A DNA stretch of 62,678 nucleotides, the filler included, from Globobulimina sp. (taxonomy: Eukaryota), in the NCBI GenBank assembly GCA_003354225.1. It is 39 parts of 39 records of this genome, joined end to end, with 100 filler letters (N's around TTAATTAATTAA, not from the genome) between each part and the next. Parts side by side here need not be neighbours in the genome. Positions count along the whole stretch, not along the records: positions 35,426 to 36,934 come from PIVH01015543.1; positions 37,035 to 38,543 come from PIVH01015544.1; positions 38,644 to 40,152 come from PIVH01015545.1; positions 40,253 to 41,761 come from PIVH01015546.1; positions 41,862 to 43,370 come from PIVH01015547.1; positions 43,471 to 44,979 come from PIVH01015548.1; positions 45,080 to 46,588 come from PIVH01015549.1; positions 46,689 to 48,197 come from PIVH01015550.1; 31 more parts are not named here. One strand, written 5' to 3'. The translations under genes were made by a program, and so were the position numbers. Below the pieces are notes generated by a model that had not been told where the DNA came from, searched no databases, and saw only the letters and a list, made by a program, of their open reading frames with translations. Below, piece by piece: positions 35,592-46,928 of the stretch (within the stretch, counting starts at the first letter, position 1; every line of letters starts with the position of its first letter).

Positions 35592-35754
35592 TTACACTAA
35601 AATTAAATTGGGGCATTGAGATCAAACCACTGCATACTCGGGAAAGAAAAATATATTCGAGAAGAATATCAACGCAAAAATTGGAAAATTGAGACGCTAC
35701 ATAAATTGAAAAAATTTATTAGTGTTACAATGTTAATACATGTATTATTAATAG

Positions 35755-36819
35755 CTAGTATGGAATAGTTTGTTTTTTATAAAAACTCATAGCTTTATTC
35801 ATTTCAGCAATCTCTTGTTCGATTTTTAATTTCTTTATTTCAACCTCCATGGACTTTTGATGTTTTTTGACTTCCTTTTGTTGCCATTTCCAATTAGAAG
35901 CCTCTCGATATAACTCTTTTTTTGGATGCTGTCCATCCATATCGTCACTTGAACTATATATCGATTGCAAGGTCGTATTGTCATAATTCAAACGTGGCAA
36001 CAATTGCAATTGATTTTTGTTCATAGTCTTATCATTACCACGCACCGAATAATCTGTATCTGATTCCTCCGTTTCCAAAATCACGTTACTTTGCTGTTCA
36101 GTGTCGGTACAATCCGAACCAGACGAACCTACATTTGATACTGACTGCGGTGTCGACAAAACCACGACCGTTTCATTAGATCCTTCTTCCTGTAATCTCA
36201 ACATATTTATATCAGTTGCTTCAAATGTTGCATCTGCTACAGCTGCGGCAGCAATATCTGAATGAAACACAATTTCCGGATGATTTATACTGGTTATTAT
36301 ATTTATATTATTTATATTTGTCGATGCATTAATTGATTGGTTGGACTTTGTGTCAGTAACAGGCGAACCAGGGACTGCAGGCGAACCAAAGGGGTTTGCT
36401 AATTTCAGATTGCTCTCATCAAACAATGCCATGGTAGGCAAGGTTGGGGTGGCTGCTGTTTCTCGATCGTAATACATCTGGACAGGGCTTTTGGTGGCAA
36501 ATAAATGTAAGTTATCCATAGCATGTTTGATTTCTGTTATTGAGGGAGTTGGGACTTCAATGTGACGAGTTGAGCTATGTTTGGATTGTATAGTATAGGT
36601 TGAGCTGTTTTGTGTGCTGTGAGTATATGCTGCAGTTGGTGGAGATATTTCCGTTATTGGACTTATTGGTGTTTCTTCCTCGATGTCTGATGATTCTGTG
36701 TATGGTATGGGTGGGGATGGTTGTATCGGTTTGTCCATATTATTTCTTTGCTTCATTTTGTGGAAATGATCATCTCCTTCTTCAATGTTACAAATAGCTT
36801 TTGTACAAAATGCACCCAT
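35755..36819 (-). CDS. Hypothetical S/T-rich protein with N-myristoylation-like start
   Basis: ORF beginning MGAFCTK, disordered composition, C-terminal coiled coil. Confidence 0.7.
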   Translation of the reverse strand: MGAFCTKAICNIEEGDDHFHKMKQRNNMDKPIQPSPPIPYTESSDIEEETPISPITEISPPTAAYTHSTQNSSTYTIQSKHSSTRHIEVPTPSITEIKHAMDNLHLFATKSPVQMYYDRETAATPTLPTMALFDESNLKLANPFGSPAVPGSPVTDTKSNQSINASTNINNINIITSINHPEIVFHSDIAAAAVADATFEATDINMLRLQEEGSNETVVVLSTPQSVSNVGSSGSDCTDTEQQSNVILETEESDTDYSVRGNDKTMNKNQLQLLPRLNYDNTTLQSIYSSSDDMDGQHPKKELYREASNWKWQQKEVKKHQKSMEVEIKKLKIEQEIAEMNKAMSFYKKQTIPY

Positions 36820-37034
36820 TATGATATATACAGTATACACCAAAAGTTTTTTGCCTCAAAAAAGTTATTTGTTTGGCACATGACGTCGTTATCCCTCCAC
36901 GTGTTATTACTACACATCCTATTTTATCTGACAANNNNNNNNNNNNNNNNNNNNNNNNNNNNNNNNNNNNNNNNNNNNTTAATTAATTAANNNNNNNNNN
37001 NNNNNNNNNNNNNNNNNNNNNNNNNNNNNNNNNN

Positions 37035-37932
37035 GCTAACTGTTGTTTATTATTCCAATCTGACATACTGACTGTTGCAATTTCATTATTTAACAGTTCA
37101 TGTTTTAATGACTTATATTTGGGTGCGATATAAAAATCTTTCATTTTCCCACTGACCGTAACAACCTCTGAATGCTTACAATGTTGCCAATAATTAAAAT
37201 CAAACGAATATGAATATGTTATAAATCCATCTTTTTCATCATCCTTATTCATAATTTTATTATTGCTTAATTTTAGTTGACATAAATTTGTTGAAAATTT
37301 ATTAGATTCACTCGCAAATTTGTTTGAATTGGCGAATTGCTTAAATTTCTTTTTTTTGGTTGGCAATATGTGTTTTAATCGCTTTATCCGATTGCTTGTA
37401 ATATTAATATCATTATGTTTTTCATCGTCAATTTGTTGGATTTCATTTGGCCGCAATCTAAACCTATCATATCCGTGTTGGAACTGACAATGAATTCTAT
37501 CAAATATTTCTGTCAGAAAATGTGAATCATTTTGATTCTCATTATCATTCTCGTACTGTCTTCGAATCGTTTTACAAACACTTACTTCACATTCACCACC
37601 AAATAATTTACACAAATATTCAAAATGAATATCATTTTCATTGTGATTAAATAATAAATGATTAAAAGCATTCAATACTTGCACCAAATTAAACCCATCA
37701 GAAAAGATTCCTGTTTCCAAATATCTGTTTGTAACTTGTGCCAATATTGTTGCATATTGGCAACTTTTAATATCATGCTGGCAATCACCGCTGTTCTCAT
37801 CCATATCATCGTTAAGTATAGCTTGTGCTGCTAAGTTTACGTCATTATTAAACATTGCCGCAGCAATATATGCGTCATTTCGAGCAAATCCCATTGCTAG
37901 CAATTGAGTCACAGCTTCAGCAGACAAAGGCC
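37035..37932 (-). CDS. UBA plus unnamed Cys/His domain protein, partial
   Basis: UBA EAVTQLLAMGFARNDA...NDVNLAAQAIL, then CQHDIKSCQY...VLNAFNHLLFNH...CEVSVC...IFDRIHCQFQH. The 5' end is replaced by GC-rich DNA. Confidence 0.8.
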
Positions 37933-38077
37933 TACCTCTCTCTCGGGTCTTGGGTTCTTTTGGGGGGGCTCGGCGCGGGGGGTCCCAGGCGCCGGAGGCG
38001 CGGATTGTACAAGCCCAGCGTCGGATGCGCAAATCCGCCCCGCGACAGGACCGTTTCCGTCCGTCGAGACGGCCCTT

Positions 38078-38543
38078 TTACCGGAAGAGGACGACGTGGC
38101 TCCAGGCGCCGCAGACGACCGCCGCCAGCAGAAGCCATCCCCCCACGGACGTCAGCGGGACGCTGGGGAGAAAGAAGCCCACCGCCAGCAGCGGCACGCC
38201 AGCCGTCCAGAGGACCAAGGTCACGGCCTGGAGCCGGCGGTCGACCAGCTCGTGGGGTGTTTTTTGTGGAGGAGTGCGCCGTTCCGCGGTGGCGTCGGCG
38301 TAGGCCCGAAGCCAGGAGTAGATCGGTAGCAGACGCGTCGCGATACCGACCACCATCTGGGCCAGGAAACCCACCAGGGCAAAGAGACCGTAGACCGGGA
38401 CCAGGCGCAACGTCGCCTCGGTGGTGGGTGTCCATGCCAGGTAGAGCCCCATGGCGGCGCTCGCCAGGAGGTAACCCATGGCGATCATCGCCTGGACGAC
38501 ACCCAGGTCAGGACGTGGAAGGGCGGGGGGGGCGGGGCGAGGG
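38078..38543 (-). CDS. Bacterial high-GC multi-pass membrane protein, C-terminus
   Basis: Very GC-rich with strong GC3 bias. Four TM helices including GFLAQMVVGIATRLLP. Open to the contig edge. Confidence 0.75.
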
Positions 38544-38908
38544 NNNNNNNNNNNNNNNNNNNNNNNNNNNNNNNNNNNNNNNNNNNNTTAATTAATTAAN
38601 NNNNNNNNNNNNNNNNNNNNNNNNNNNNNNNNNNNNNNNNNNNCTTCAGTGCTTAATAACTCTAAACGATATATTCCAAAAGATAACCCCCCCCCTGGTC
38701 GATAAGTTGTATACATTTAAGACAAAACATTTTTCAGAGCTGATACTTGGCAGAGACATCTGACATTTTGGCGCTGGTCAACGTACTTAACACTTATGCT
38801 GTTTATACTTAAAAGTAGATGGTCAAATTATGCTGTTTTCACAACTGTGAGGGGGGTGCATAATGCACGAATTAACACTTCACTACAAAAACGAAATACT
38901 TTAAGACA

Positions 38909-39220
38909 ATGTCAACAGAAACCACAGATTTTGACAAGTTTGATGAAGATTGCAAAAAGATATCAAACAGAAAACATGGAAGTTTGGCAGAACTGATTGA
39001 ATCAAGGTCTTCCTCAAAACGAATGTGCAATATAGGTATTTTGCTATCTCCTTTACTCGTTGGTATTCCGCTTGCTTGGATGGAATGTAAAAGAAATCAT
39101 TTAATAAAACAAAAATTACCTCAAATTAATTTGGATTGGAACAAAACATATCAAAAATGTATCAAGGAAAAGCAACGAGAGTCTCTAATTGATAAATGTG
39201 ACGAAAAATCCATAAAATAA
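38909..39220 (+). CDS. Small hypothetical single-TM protein
   Basis: 103-aa ATG-to-TAA ORF with one hydrophobic helix, convergent with the RCC1 gene. Confidence 0.55.
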   Translation: MSTETTDFDKFDEDCKKISNRKHGSLAELIESRSSSKRMCNIGILLSPLLVGIPLAWMECKRNHLIKQKLPQINLDWNKTYQKCIKEKQRESLIDKCDEKSIK

Positions 39221-39253
39221 TGACTCTTTTGTTACAAGTCAGTGGACAATATT

Positions 39254-40152
39254 TCAGCTGCAGTCACTTGAAATGATGAATGTAGTGTTATATCCCACAT
39301 AAATTTCATGAATGGCTTTGTTTGTGATTTTAGCAAACACATAATTGACACATCGTGGTATGATTACAATGCCGAGTGTAGAAATTCCATATTGTGACCG
39401 TCTCAAAGTGCATTGATTGTATTTATTGTTACCAAACAAAAAATGCTTATCACTTGACTTTAAATGGCCTTTGCTATAAGAATGATATGTACCGCATTTA
39501 ATATCAATAACATCGCAGTAATCGTACAGTGGCAAAAATTTAATTAACTGTGGCTTCCAAATAGTTTCCGTGCTCCCATTACCACACTGACCATATTTAT
39601 TATATCCCCACGAATAAACGTTGCAACTGCTGTCAATACACAAATTATGACCACTTCCACATTCAATTTGAACCACACTTTTTTTGTTCCCCACAAAATG
39701 TGATATTGCACATGGTACAGACTTGACATTGTCACTGCGACCAACTCCCAACTGGCCATTATCGTTTCTCCCGCCTGAATAGTGTATATTACAATTATCC
39801 TAAAAACTAAATTTGTATATCACACTGCAGCTGAAACCAAGTTGTGGCTGCAGTACAAGCACAATTTTAATATAACACACAAGAAAATATAACGCCACTT
39901 TGATTTAAAAAGAGCGAATGATTTGAGCCGCAGGATATATTTATGATGGAGTCGTCTAGGAATCGATCGATTATCTTCCATCCGATTTGCAGCGCATTTG
40001 CATAAATTGAACTTGAGTAACCATGGCCACCTTCACCGTATCTACATTCTCCGGTTGAATATAGCTTAGTTACAGCACCATAATATTTTGTGATGATTGC
40101 TGTAACGTCATAAGGTATATGTATATGTCTATGTGTTTTTGCTTTGTTTGTT
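39254..40152 (-). pseudogene. RCC1-repeat gene, disrupted in its 5' half
   Basis: Intact blades (IECGSGHNLCID..VYSWGYNKYGQCG). The upstream blade ISCGSNHSLF runs into TAA, and frame continuity is lost between ~39910 and 39800. Confidence 0.65.
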
Positions 40153-40459
40153 NNNNNNNNNNNNNNNNNNNNNNNNNNNNNNNNNNNNNNNNNNNNTTAA
40201 TTAATTAANNNNNNNNNNNNNNNNNNNNNNNNNNNNNNNNNNNNNNNNNNNNAATAAGGTATTTAATGCTTGACCAATCGACGAAAAGATTTATTTACCA
40301 AATTTTTTATCGTGAAACAAAAAGAATAAAAACATCATAAACAATTAACAGAATGAAAAACAATGATCTAAAAAGGAGTCATGATCTAAAAATCTGATTG
40401 TATACAATTACTCATTGCATTTACGAATAAAATGCAGAGTTCCCTCCATGCCAAGGCTG

Positions 40460-41761
40460 TTACAATGGAAAATGCAAACATATATTGAAAAAAACAAAAG
40501 ATAAAAATAAAAATAAATTAACTCTATTTGCGTCTTCAACCTCATCTTTCTGTTTTTTCCTCACAGCCTGGAAACACGCACAGCCCACAATACAACAGAT
40601 CACAATTAAAATCAACACGGCACAAATATAGACCCAATTATAGCCCGCATTCATCCAATCTAACCACGACTGGTTATCAGAGAGCTTTGATACTAGAATG
40701 GTGCCTTGTTCTTCCTTCAACGCATTCCATCTGCATTTCTTAATTGCATTTTGTTTTATTGGTCCATCGTTAAATTTGACCCAATTATTTGTCTGCATTG
40801 TTACGCGAACACCCGTACAAAATATACCATCATCCACTGGACTTTCAATAGTAATCGATGGCGTACCGCTATCCGCATTTGGACCCGCAACAATGTCGCC
40901 CGACTCTAATATTTTGCCATTTATGGTAATATCAGACAAACAAAAACGTTCGGTTTCATACTCCCATACATCGACAAAAAATACATCGGATAAGGTATTA
41001 AATAGGCCATAGTCGCGCACATCAATGGTAAATGTGTATTCTTTGTCTTCGTCGGGCATTTGTCCGCCAATCTCGTAAATACGACTACAACTGCTATTAT
41101 TATCTACATCGCCATCGACATTACAAAATATAAAAAATATGGCTGCTTCGGCGCCACAGGCGATTAACGAGCCCGTCTTAAATTTATATATATATTGATC
41201 CACACCGACAAAGGTTACATTACTCATTATGCCATAACTACACATTTCTACTTCAGTGCTACCAAACTCTGCTTGACCAATATCAACTGATAATGTTGCA
41301 CAACCTGTATACATATAATATAATATAATATGATATATATAATATAATATTATTATCCTTGCACTTATATCAACATATATACCGTCTTCAGTATCATCAG
41401 AAATACATTCTGGCAAATTGCCAGCATCTGCTTCAACGCCATCCACATCAAGGCGAGATAAACAAAATTTGTCTGGCCCAAATGTAACAATATCCGCATA
41501 ATTTACATTTCCAATATCTTTTGTGTTCCAATAGCCTTTATAGGTATTACCTTCTTCATTGACGCCACCAACAAATACAAACCAATCTGCCTCGCATGTC
41601 GCCGGTGTTGGTGTACTGTAATCATCGCATATTAGTGAACAGTCTGTACGCGCCGGATCACGACATAACCTTAAATATAAATCATTTTTAGTGCCACTAA
41701 AACACCAATTAGAAACTGTCAATCACATTAAATTTAAACTCAAGAAGAACATTTTGGTTTT
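40460..41761 (-). CDS. Type I membrane protein with two PLAT/LH2-like repeats, partial
   Basis: Two related units (TVSNWCFSGTKNDLYLRLC...DKFCLSRLDVDG; KTGSLIACGAEAAIFFIFC...ERFCLSDITING). In-frame AT-rich intron ~41375..41307. TM helix near the C-terminus. Confidence 0.6.
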
Positions 41762-42055
41762 NNNNNNNNNNNNNNNNNNNNNNNNNNNNNNNNNNNNNNN
41801 NNNNNTTAATTAATTAANNNNNNNNNNNNNNNNNNNNNNNNNNNNNNNNNNNNNNNNNNNNATATGAAAAATTGTTAGCGCCGTTTAGGCATTTGTTTAC
41901 GTAATATGGAGAGGCTTTATAAATTTATTCAAGTTTAATATTTAAAATATTTGATATTATTATTGTTCCAATTTCAACTAAATATATTTATTAATAAAAA
42001 CGATTTGTGAGATACAAACTTCCAAAATTTCTGTTCTCATACAGAAATTCAATCT

Positions 42056-42871
42056 TTACCATGTTACAAATCGACGTATCTTGATTAATAGCTTGAGCCA
42101 ATAATAACGTATGATCGGCATCGTAGAAAACTCCCATAAAGCAGGTCCCTGACTTACAAAGTCCCAACTCGGAGGTGAGACTTGGACACGATTCTCATCG
42201 GAATGTTCACAACATTCTGATTGCGTTACAAACTCATAGCCTTCAAACAAATTAATGATATCTTCTAAAACAAGATACACGCTTCTATCATGCATGCATA
42301 CAACAATACAATTATCTGAATATTCAGCCTTTAAATCGATGTTATTTGCTATTGTCTCGAAGTCATTTGGTGTTTCCCAATCCTTTGTGTCTAAATTCCA
42401 ACATGCAATGACATATCCTAACTCATTCACATATTTTGCTTGTTGCTCTTTCAATGAACTATATGGTGGTCGAAACATTGTTGGAGGTTTAGCACCACAT
42501 TTTATGATCCAATCACGAGTTTGATCCAATTCATCTTTTATTTGTTGATTTGTTAACTTTGCAAAATTTGAATGTGTGAATGAATGACTTTGCACTTCGT
42601 GTCCTGCTTTTATCATTTTTTTTATTAAAGTACATGCTGCAGGATTATTGCTGTGTCCCCATGCATCTGGTGTTATATAAAATGTCCCTTTAATATCATA
42701 TTTTTTTAATGTATCCAAGATTGATTGTGTTTGCCCATTCTGAATAGCTGGGCCATCATCAAATGTTAATGCTATCTTTTTCTTTTTAGCATTTCTACGT
42801 ACGCTTGTTGTCGATGTTGCTGATGTTGTTGTCTTGGTGATATTGGTTGGATTCATTTGAGTTGATAACAA
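42056..42871 (-). CDS. Polysaccharide deacetylase (NodB homology, CE4, chitin deacetylase-like)
   Basis: All five CE4 motifs: LTFDDGP, HSFTH, FRPPY, DTKDW and CMHD. Confidence 0.93.
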   Translation of the reverse strand: MLSTQMNPTNITKTTTSATSTTSVRRNAKKKKIALTFDDGPAIQNGQTQSILDTLKKYDIKGTFYITPDAWGHSNNPAACTLIKKMIKAGHEVQSHSFTHSNFAKLTNQQIKDELDQTRDWIIKCGAKPPTMFRPPYSSLKEQQAKYVNELGYVIACWNLDTKDWETPNDFETIANNIDLKAEYSDNCIVVCMHDRSVYLVLEDIINLFEGYEFVTQSECCEHSDENRVQVSPPSWDFVSQGPALWEFSTMPIIRYYWLKLLIKIRRFVTW

Positions 42872-43505
42872 TTTTTTTTGGTGGATTTATTTCGGATTTT
42901 GTGTAATTAACCTAGGAGCAGCAGGCTGCAAGAACCCGCAGAGTTTTTTTTTTAATGTGTAAGCTGTTTGTATGTTTGAGTTTGACTTTGTAAAAAGTTT
43001 TAACAATTTCTTTGAAAATCAGAATGTAATTTTAGGGATTATGATCTAATTTTACGGGATTATGAATATGTCAAAACTATCAAAAAAATGTGATGTCACA
43101 TATATCCAAACAATGTGACGTTTGATGTCTTGCTTTTAACACTGATAATGCAGGATTTAGTAGATATCATATTGCTGTATTTTGGAATGATTTTCCTATT
43201 TTATGGTTCCTTCAATAGTGTTGATATGCCATAGACAATCTCGTCGTGCTTGTAAATAATACCTTTAATTGAGAATGTCCAACTAAGTGTTTTTCGAGAC
43301 CGTTACATTTCATGTCTCCATCTACACTTGTCTTTTAGATTGGCGATCCTAAATATGATTCTCATTGATTNNNNNNNNNNNNNNNNNNNNNNNNNNNNNN
43401 NNNNNNNNNNNNNNTTAATTAATTAANNNNNNNNNNNNNNNNNNNNNNNNNNNNNNNNNNNNNNNNNNNNCAAAAAGGGTTTTAAGTGAAGTAAAAGGTT
43501 TTTAA

Positions 43506-43925
43506 GTGAAACAAATGCATTCATGTTTTCTGTTGTTGTTATTTGGTTATCTGTTGCTTGATCATATTACAGCAACATCTCCCAGAATCTTTTTATCACG
43601 GAATACACCCAAACCATGTGTCGATAAAACACCACCGACGGTACCGTTTCAAGTATCGAGTATAAACGCATTTGACCGGCAGGCTTCACCCAGACCCGCA
43701 AGCGATAAGAAACCAATTGTTTCACAGGTAATCAATGTGGATGGTCCACAAAATCCAACCGATTCATCTGATAAAAGAAGCAAATCCGAAGGTACTGCAT
43801 TCATTAAACGGTTGTGCAAATATTGTACATGCTGCTGTTTCGGAGTTAAAGCACCAGACCCAAATAAGGAAGAAGAGCACAAAAAGAATGTTCTAGCTAT
43901 GATAGACAGAATTCCTTCAACTTAG
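43506..43925 (+). CDS. Small secreted hypothetical protein
   Basis: Signal-peptide-like N-terminus and a C-terminal Cys cluster CKYCTCCC. Confidence 0.55.
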   Translation: MKQMHSCFLLLLFGYLLLDHITATSPRIFLSRNTPKPCVDKTPPTVPFQVSSINAFDRQASPRPASDKKPIVSQVINVDGPQNPTDSSDKRSKSEGTAFIKRLCKYCTCCCFGVKAPDPNKEEEHKKNVLAMIDRIPST

Positions 43926-44222
43926 AATTGTTTTATGGCTTATTTGCAATTTTTACTCATGACGCGTATATTATATTTTTATAACTTTTTGCACGCGTAA
44001 TTTAATTATTTCTTATTTGACACATTCCTTAGCTATATTAATAGTTGTAATTTCGGAATAACACAATTACGCAATCTGCAAAACTCGTGTAGTTTGCAAC
44101 TGTCATAGTTCAACGATTTGTTCGTATTATTAGTGATGCGATTGGTGAAATAGGTAAAAACAGCGTACTTCAGTGAAACCATCCTTTCGTCATAAGCTGT
44201 CCCCAACTGCCGAAACTGAAGT

Positions 44223-44979
44223 ATGGTCTTTAGAATGTTATCAACAATCACCTTATTGTGTACATCCTCGCTGGCACAAACCAAACTATCCAACAATAAG
44301 TACGACCCATCCAAACAGCGCCCAGACCATCAAAAACGCGCAGATCTTAAATCAGATTTTTCAGGCACCCTCAGCGCACATGACCTATGGAATGATTTCA
44401 ATGCCGACCCAGATTGGGCCGGTGCTTCCACACTATCGGATGGCTCACATAATCCAAATGAAATCGTAGGTTTGGGTGCCGCATCAGCCTCAGCATGGAC
44501 ACAAAAAGGAGACGACAACAAAGATGACAAACCAAAGCCACAACAAATGCAACAGCAGCCGCAATATACTGGCGGCTATGCCATGCCACAACAGCCACAG
44601 TCTGGATATCAACAACCAGCGTACGGCACAAGCACTGGCTATAATCCTTATTCTCCATCCACTGGTTACAGTGCATCAGGCTTCGGTTATCAACAACCAT
44701 CCACGGGCTACGACAATGGATACAGTACATCTGGCTTTGGCTATGGATACCAGCAACCTTTCACGGGCTATGACAATGGGTATGGATATCAGCAGCCATC
44801 TGCAGGCTATGACAGTGGAGCTACCGCAGGCGCAGCGGCAGGGACTATGCCCGGCGGGCAACAACCAATGGGTGCGCCGGGTGCGTCTGGTCAACAAACT
44901 GGCGTTGGTGGCGTTGGTGGTGTTGGTGGAGGTGTTGTAGGCGCGCCGGGTGCAAAGAAAGCAATGTCGGGCCGTATGG
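44223..44979 (+). CDS. Secreted Gly/Tyr/Gln-rich repetitive protein (3' partial)
   Basis: Signal peptide and repeated GYQQPSTGYDNGY units. Confidence 0.75.
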
Positions 44980-45079
44980 NNNNNNNNNNNNNNNNNNNNN
45001 NNNNNNNNNNNNNNNNNNNNNNNTTAATTAATTAANNNNNNNNNNNNNNNNNNNNNNNNNNNNNNNNNNNNNNNNNNNN

Positions 45080-46588
45080 CCATTCTTTGTGGTATAGACA
45101 CATTACAAAGTCATATGTGTCCCGAGGAGTTATGGTCTTTTGAAAAAAATTAAAAAATTGACCAAAATTTTCATGTTCAAATTATTGTAACTTCTCAACC
45201 AGTTATCGTAGAAAATCCGGATTATTCTTACAAGAAGGGTAATTTTATAAGAAATGTTTTGCAAAAAACATTATTTCTCTAGCTCAACTGGTTGAGGAAT
45301 TATGACGTTTTTATTAAACTCAGGTGAGATCCAAACCGATCGAAAATGTTTTTTGGCACTGTGCCAAAACTAGGAGTTTCTGAGAAAAATCCCTTTAGGT
45401 GGGATGTTAGGGGTACTAATGAGTTATAATAGACTAGGTTTAATCAAAATTGGTTGACCCCCTTGTTTACACAAAGTATGGATTTCGCCTGGTTTTTATC
45501 TGCAATGGCAATTAAAATAGCTTGAGTTTTGACCCTGAATCAGGCTAAAAAATGAAAAGTTTGTCAAAATTGACGTAAGAATTTTTTTACATTTCGGGTC
45601 ATTTCGTACCTTATCGGTTGAGTAACCCCCTAAATATTTACAGCATTTATACTTCCTCTCTACATTTTTAAGTTGGCCAAAAATGAAAAAAATCGGAGCG
45701 CCGCATTTTGTGTGCGGCCTTTCGAAACTTTGTAAAAAATCGGTATTTTACAGAAAAAATTTTTTATTTGAAAATAATTCACTCAATTTTCGTCCAAAAT
45801 CGTCAATTTTTTTACAATCTGTAGCTATGAATGTGCTCTTTATCAGAAAATACCACATTTTCATGTTAGACCATTCGAAATGACGAAAACCGCATAATTC
45901 CACCACATGTGTGTGGGCCGTCGTTTTTGAGCAGAACCTATGCTATATCTCAGGAACAAATTAGCTGATTCACCTGAAACTTTGCACAATTCGTGTCATC
46001 TGACCTGAAACTATCAATAGAGAAACTTAGTTCAATCGGACAATTTGTTGCCGAGATATGAGAATTCTAAATTCGTTGACGTTCCTCTTACGCTTATTGC
46101 ATATAACTATTTCGAAACAAAAAAATAGTTAGGATTCCTTTGGTTGTCTGGGTCAAGGAATCCGAATCACTCATTCCTTTCTTCTACCATACTCGTATTG
46201 GTGGCTAACATGTGTTAGCTATGAGTCTTCCTCAATAAAAATATATTCATAAAAGCTATCGGACTAAAACTTACGTTTTGAAGTACTGCTCAAAACTAAT
46301 GAAACAACGTTTTCACCAACTTTCATAATTCATCTTTGTGCAAGCTTAACATCAAGTAAAATACGATATGCCAGAAAATGGAGTTTATCAGTTGTTCCAG
46401 TATAAATTGAAAATTTGTGTTATTTAGGAAAAGCCGTAAGCATACAATGCTACCCAAAACTGTATTTTCTTCGAAAAATGGTGTTTTTACCCAAAAAAAA
46501 AATATCCCAAATTTCCCAACCGGGGTCCGAACAATTCTTCAGACAAGTTTCACATTTCTAATACATAATAGGTAGAGATGTGAATACA
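45080..46588. repeat. Non-coding contig resembling an invertebrate-type interspersed repeat or non-autonomous DNA transposon
   Basis: No credible ORF. Recurrent GAGTTATG/GAGATATG/GAATTATG motifs with inverted partners, for example 45188..45204 versus 45286..45302. Confidence 0.45.
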
Positions 46589-46928
46589 NNNNNNNNNNNN
46601 NNNNNNNNNNNNNNNNNNNNNNNNNNNNNNNNTTAATTAATTAANNNNNNNNNNNNNNNNNNNNNNNNNNNNNNNNNNNNNNNNNNNNTCTCTTCTGGTA
46701 AATGTATTTTCTGCTTATTATTCACACCAATATTAATATTTCGTCTTCATTTGAATATTAAGCAGTCAGTACTCAGTAGTCAAAAACACACAGTTTTTTA
46801 AATCTCCACCTTAACAATTCTTACTCCGGCCATTACTACTCCAATAAACCACAAACCACAAAATCCAAACATCACAATAAACCACAAACTATCGATCGAT
46901 ACGACGATATCACAAACATCCAATACAA

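Noticed and set aside
37855-38595. Long plus-strand and alternative-frame ORFs (246, 141, 167 and 117 aa)
   Set aside because: Shadow ORFs of high-GC DNA with R/P/G-rich composition. The real frame is the minus-strand membrane protein.
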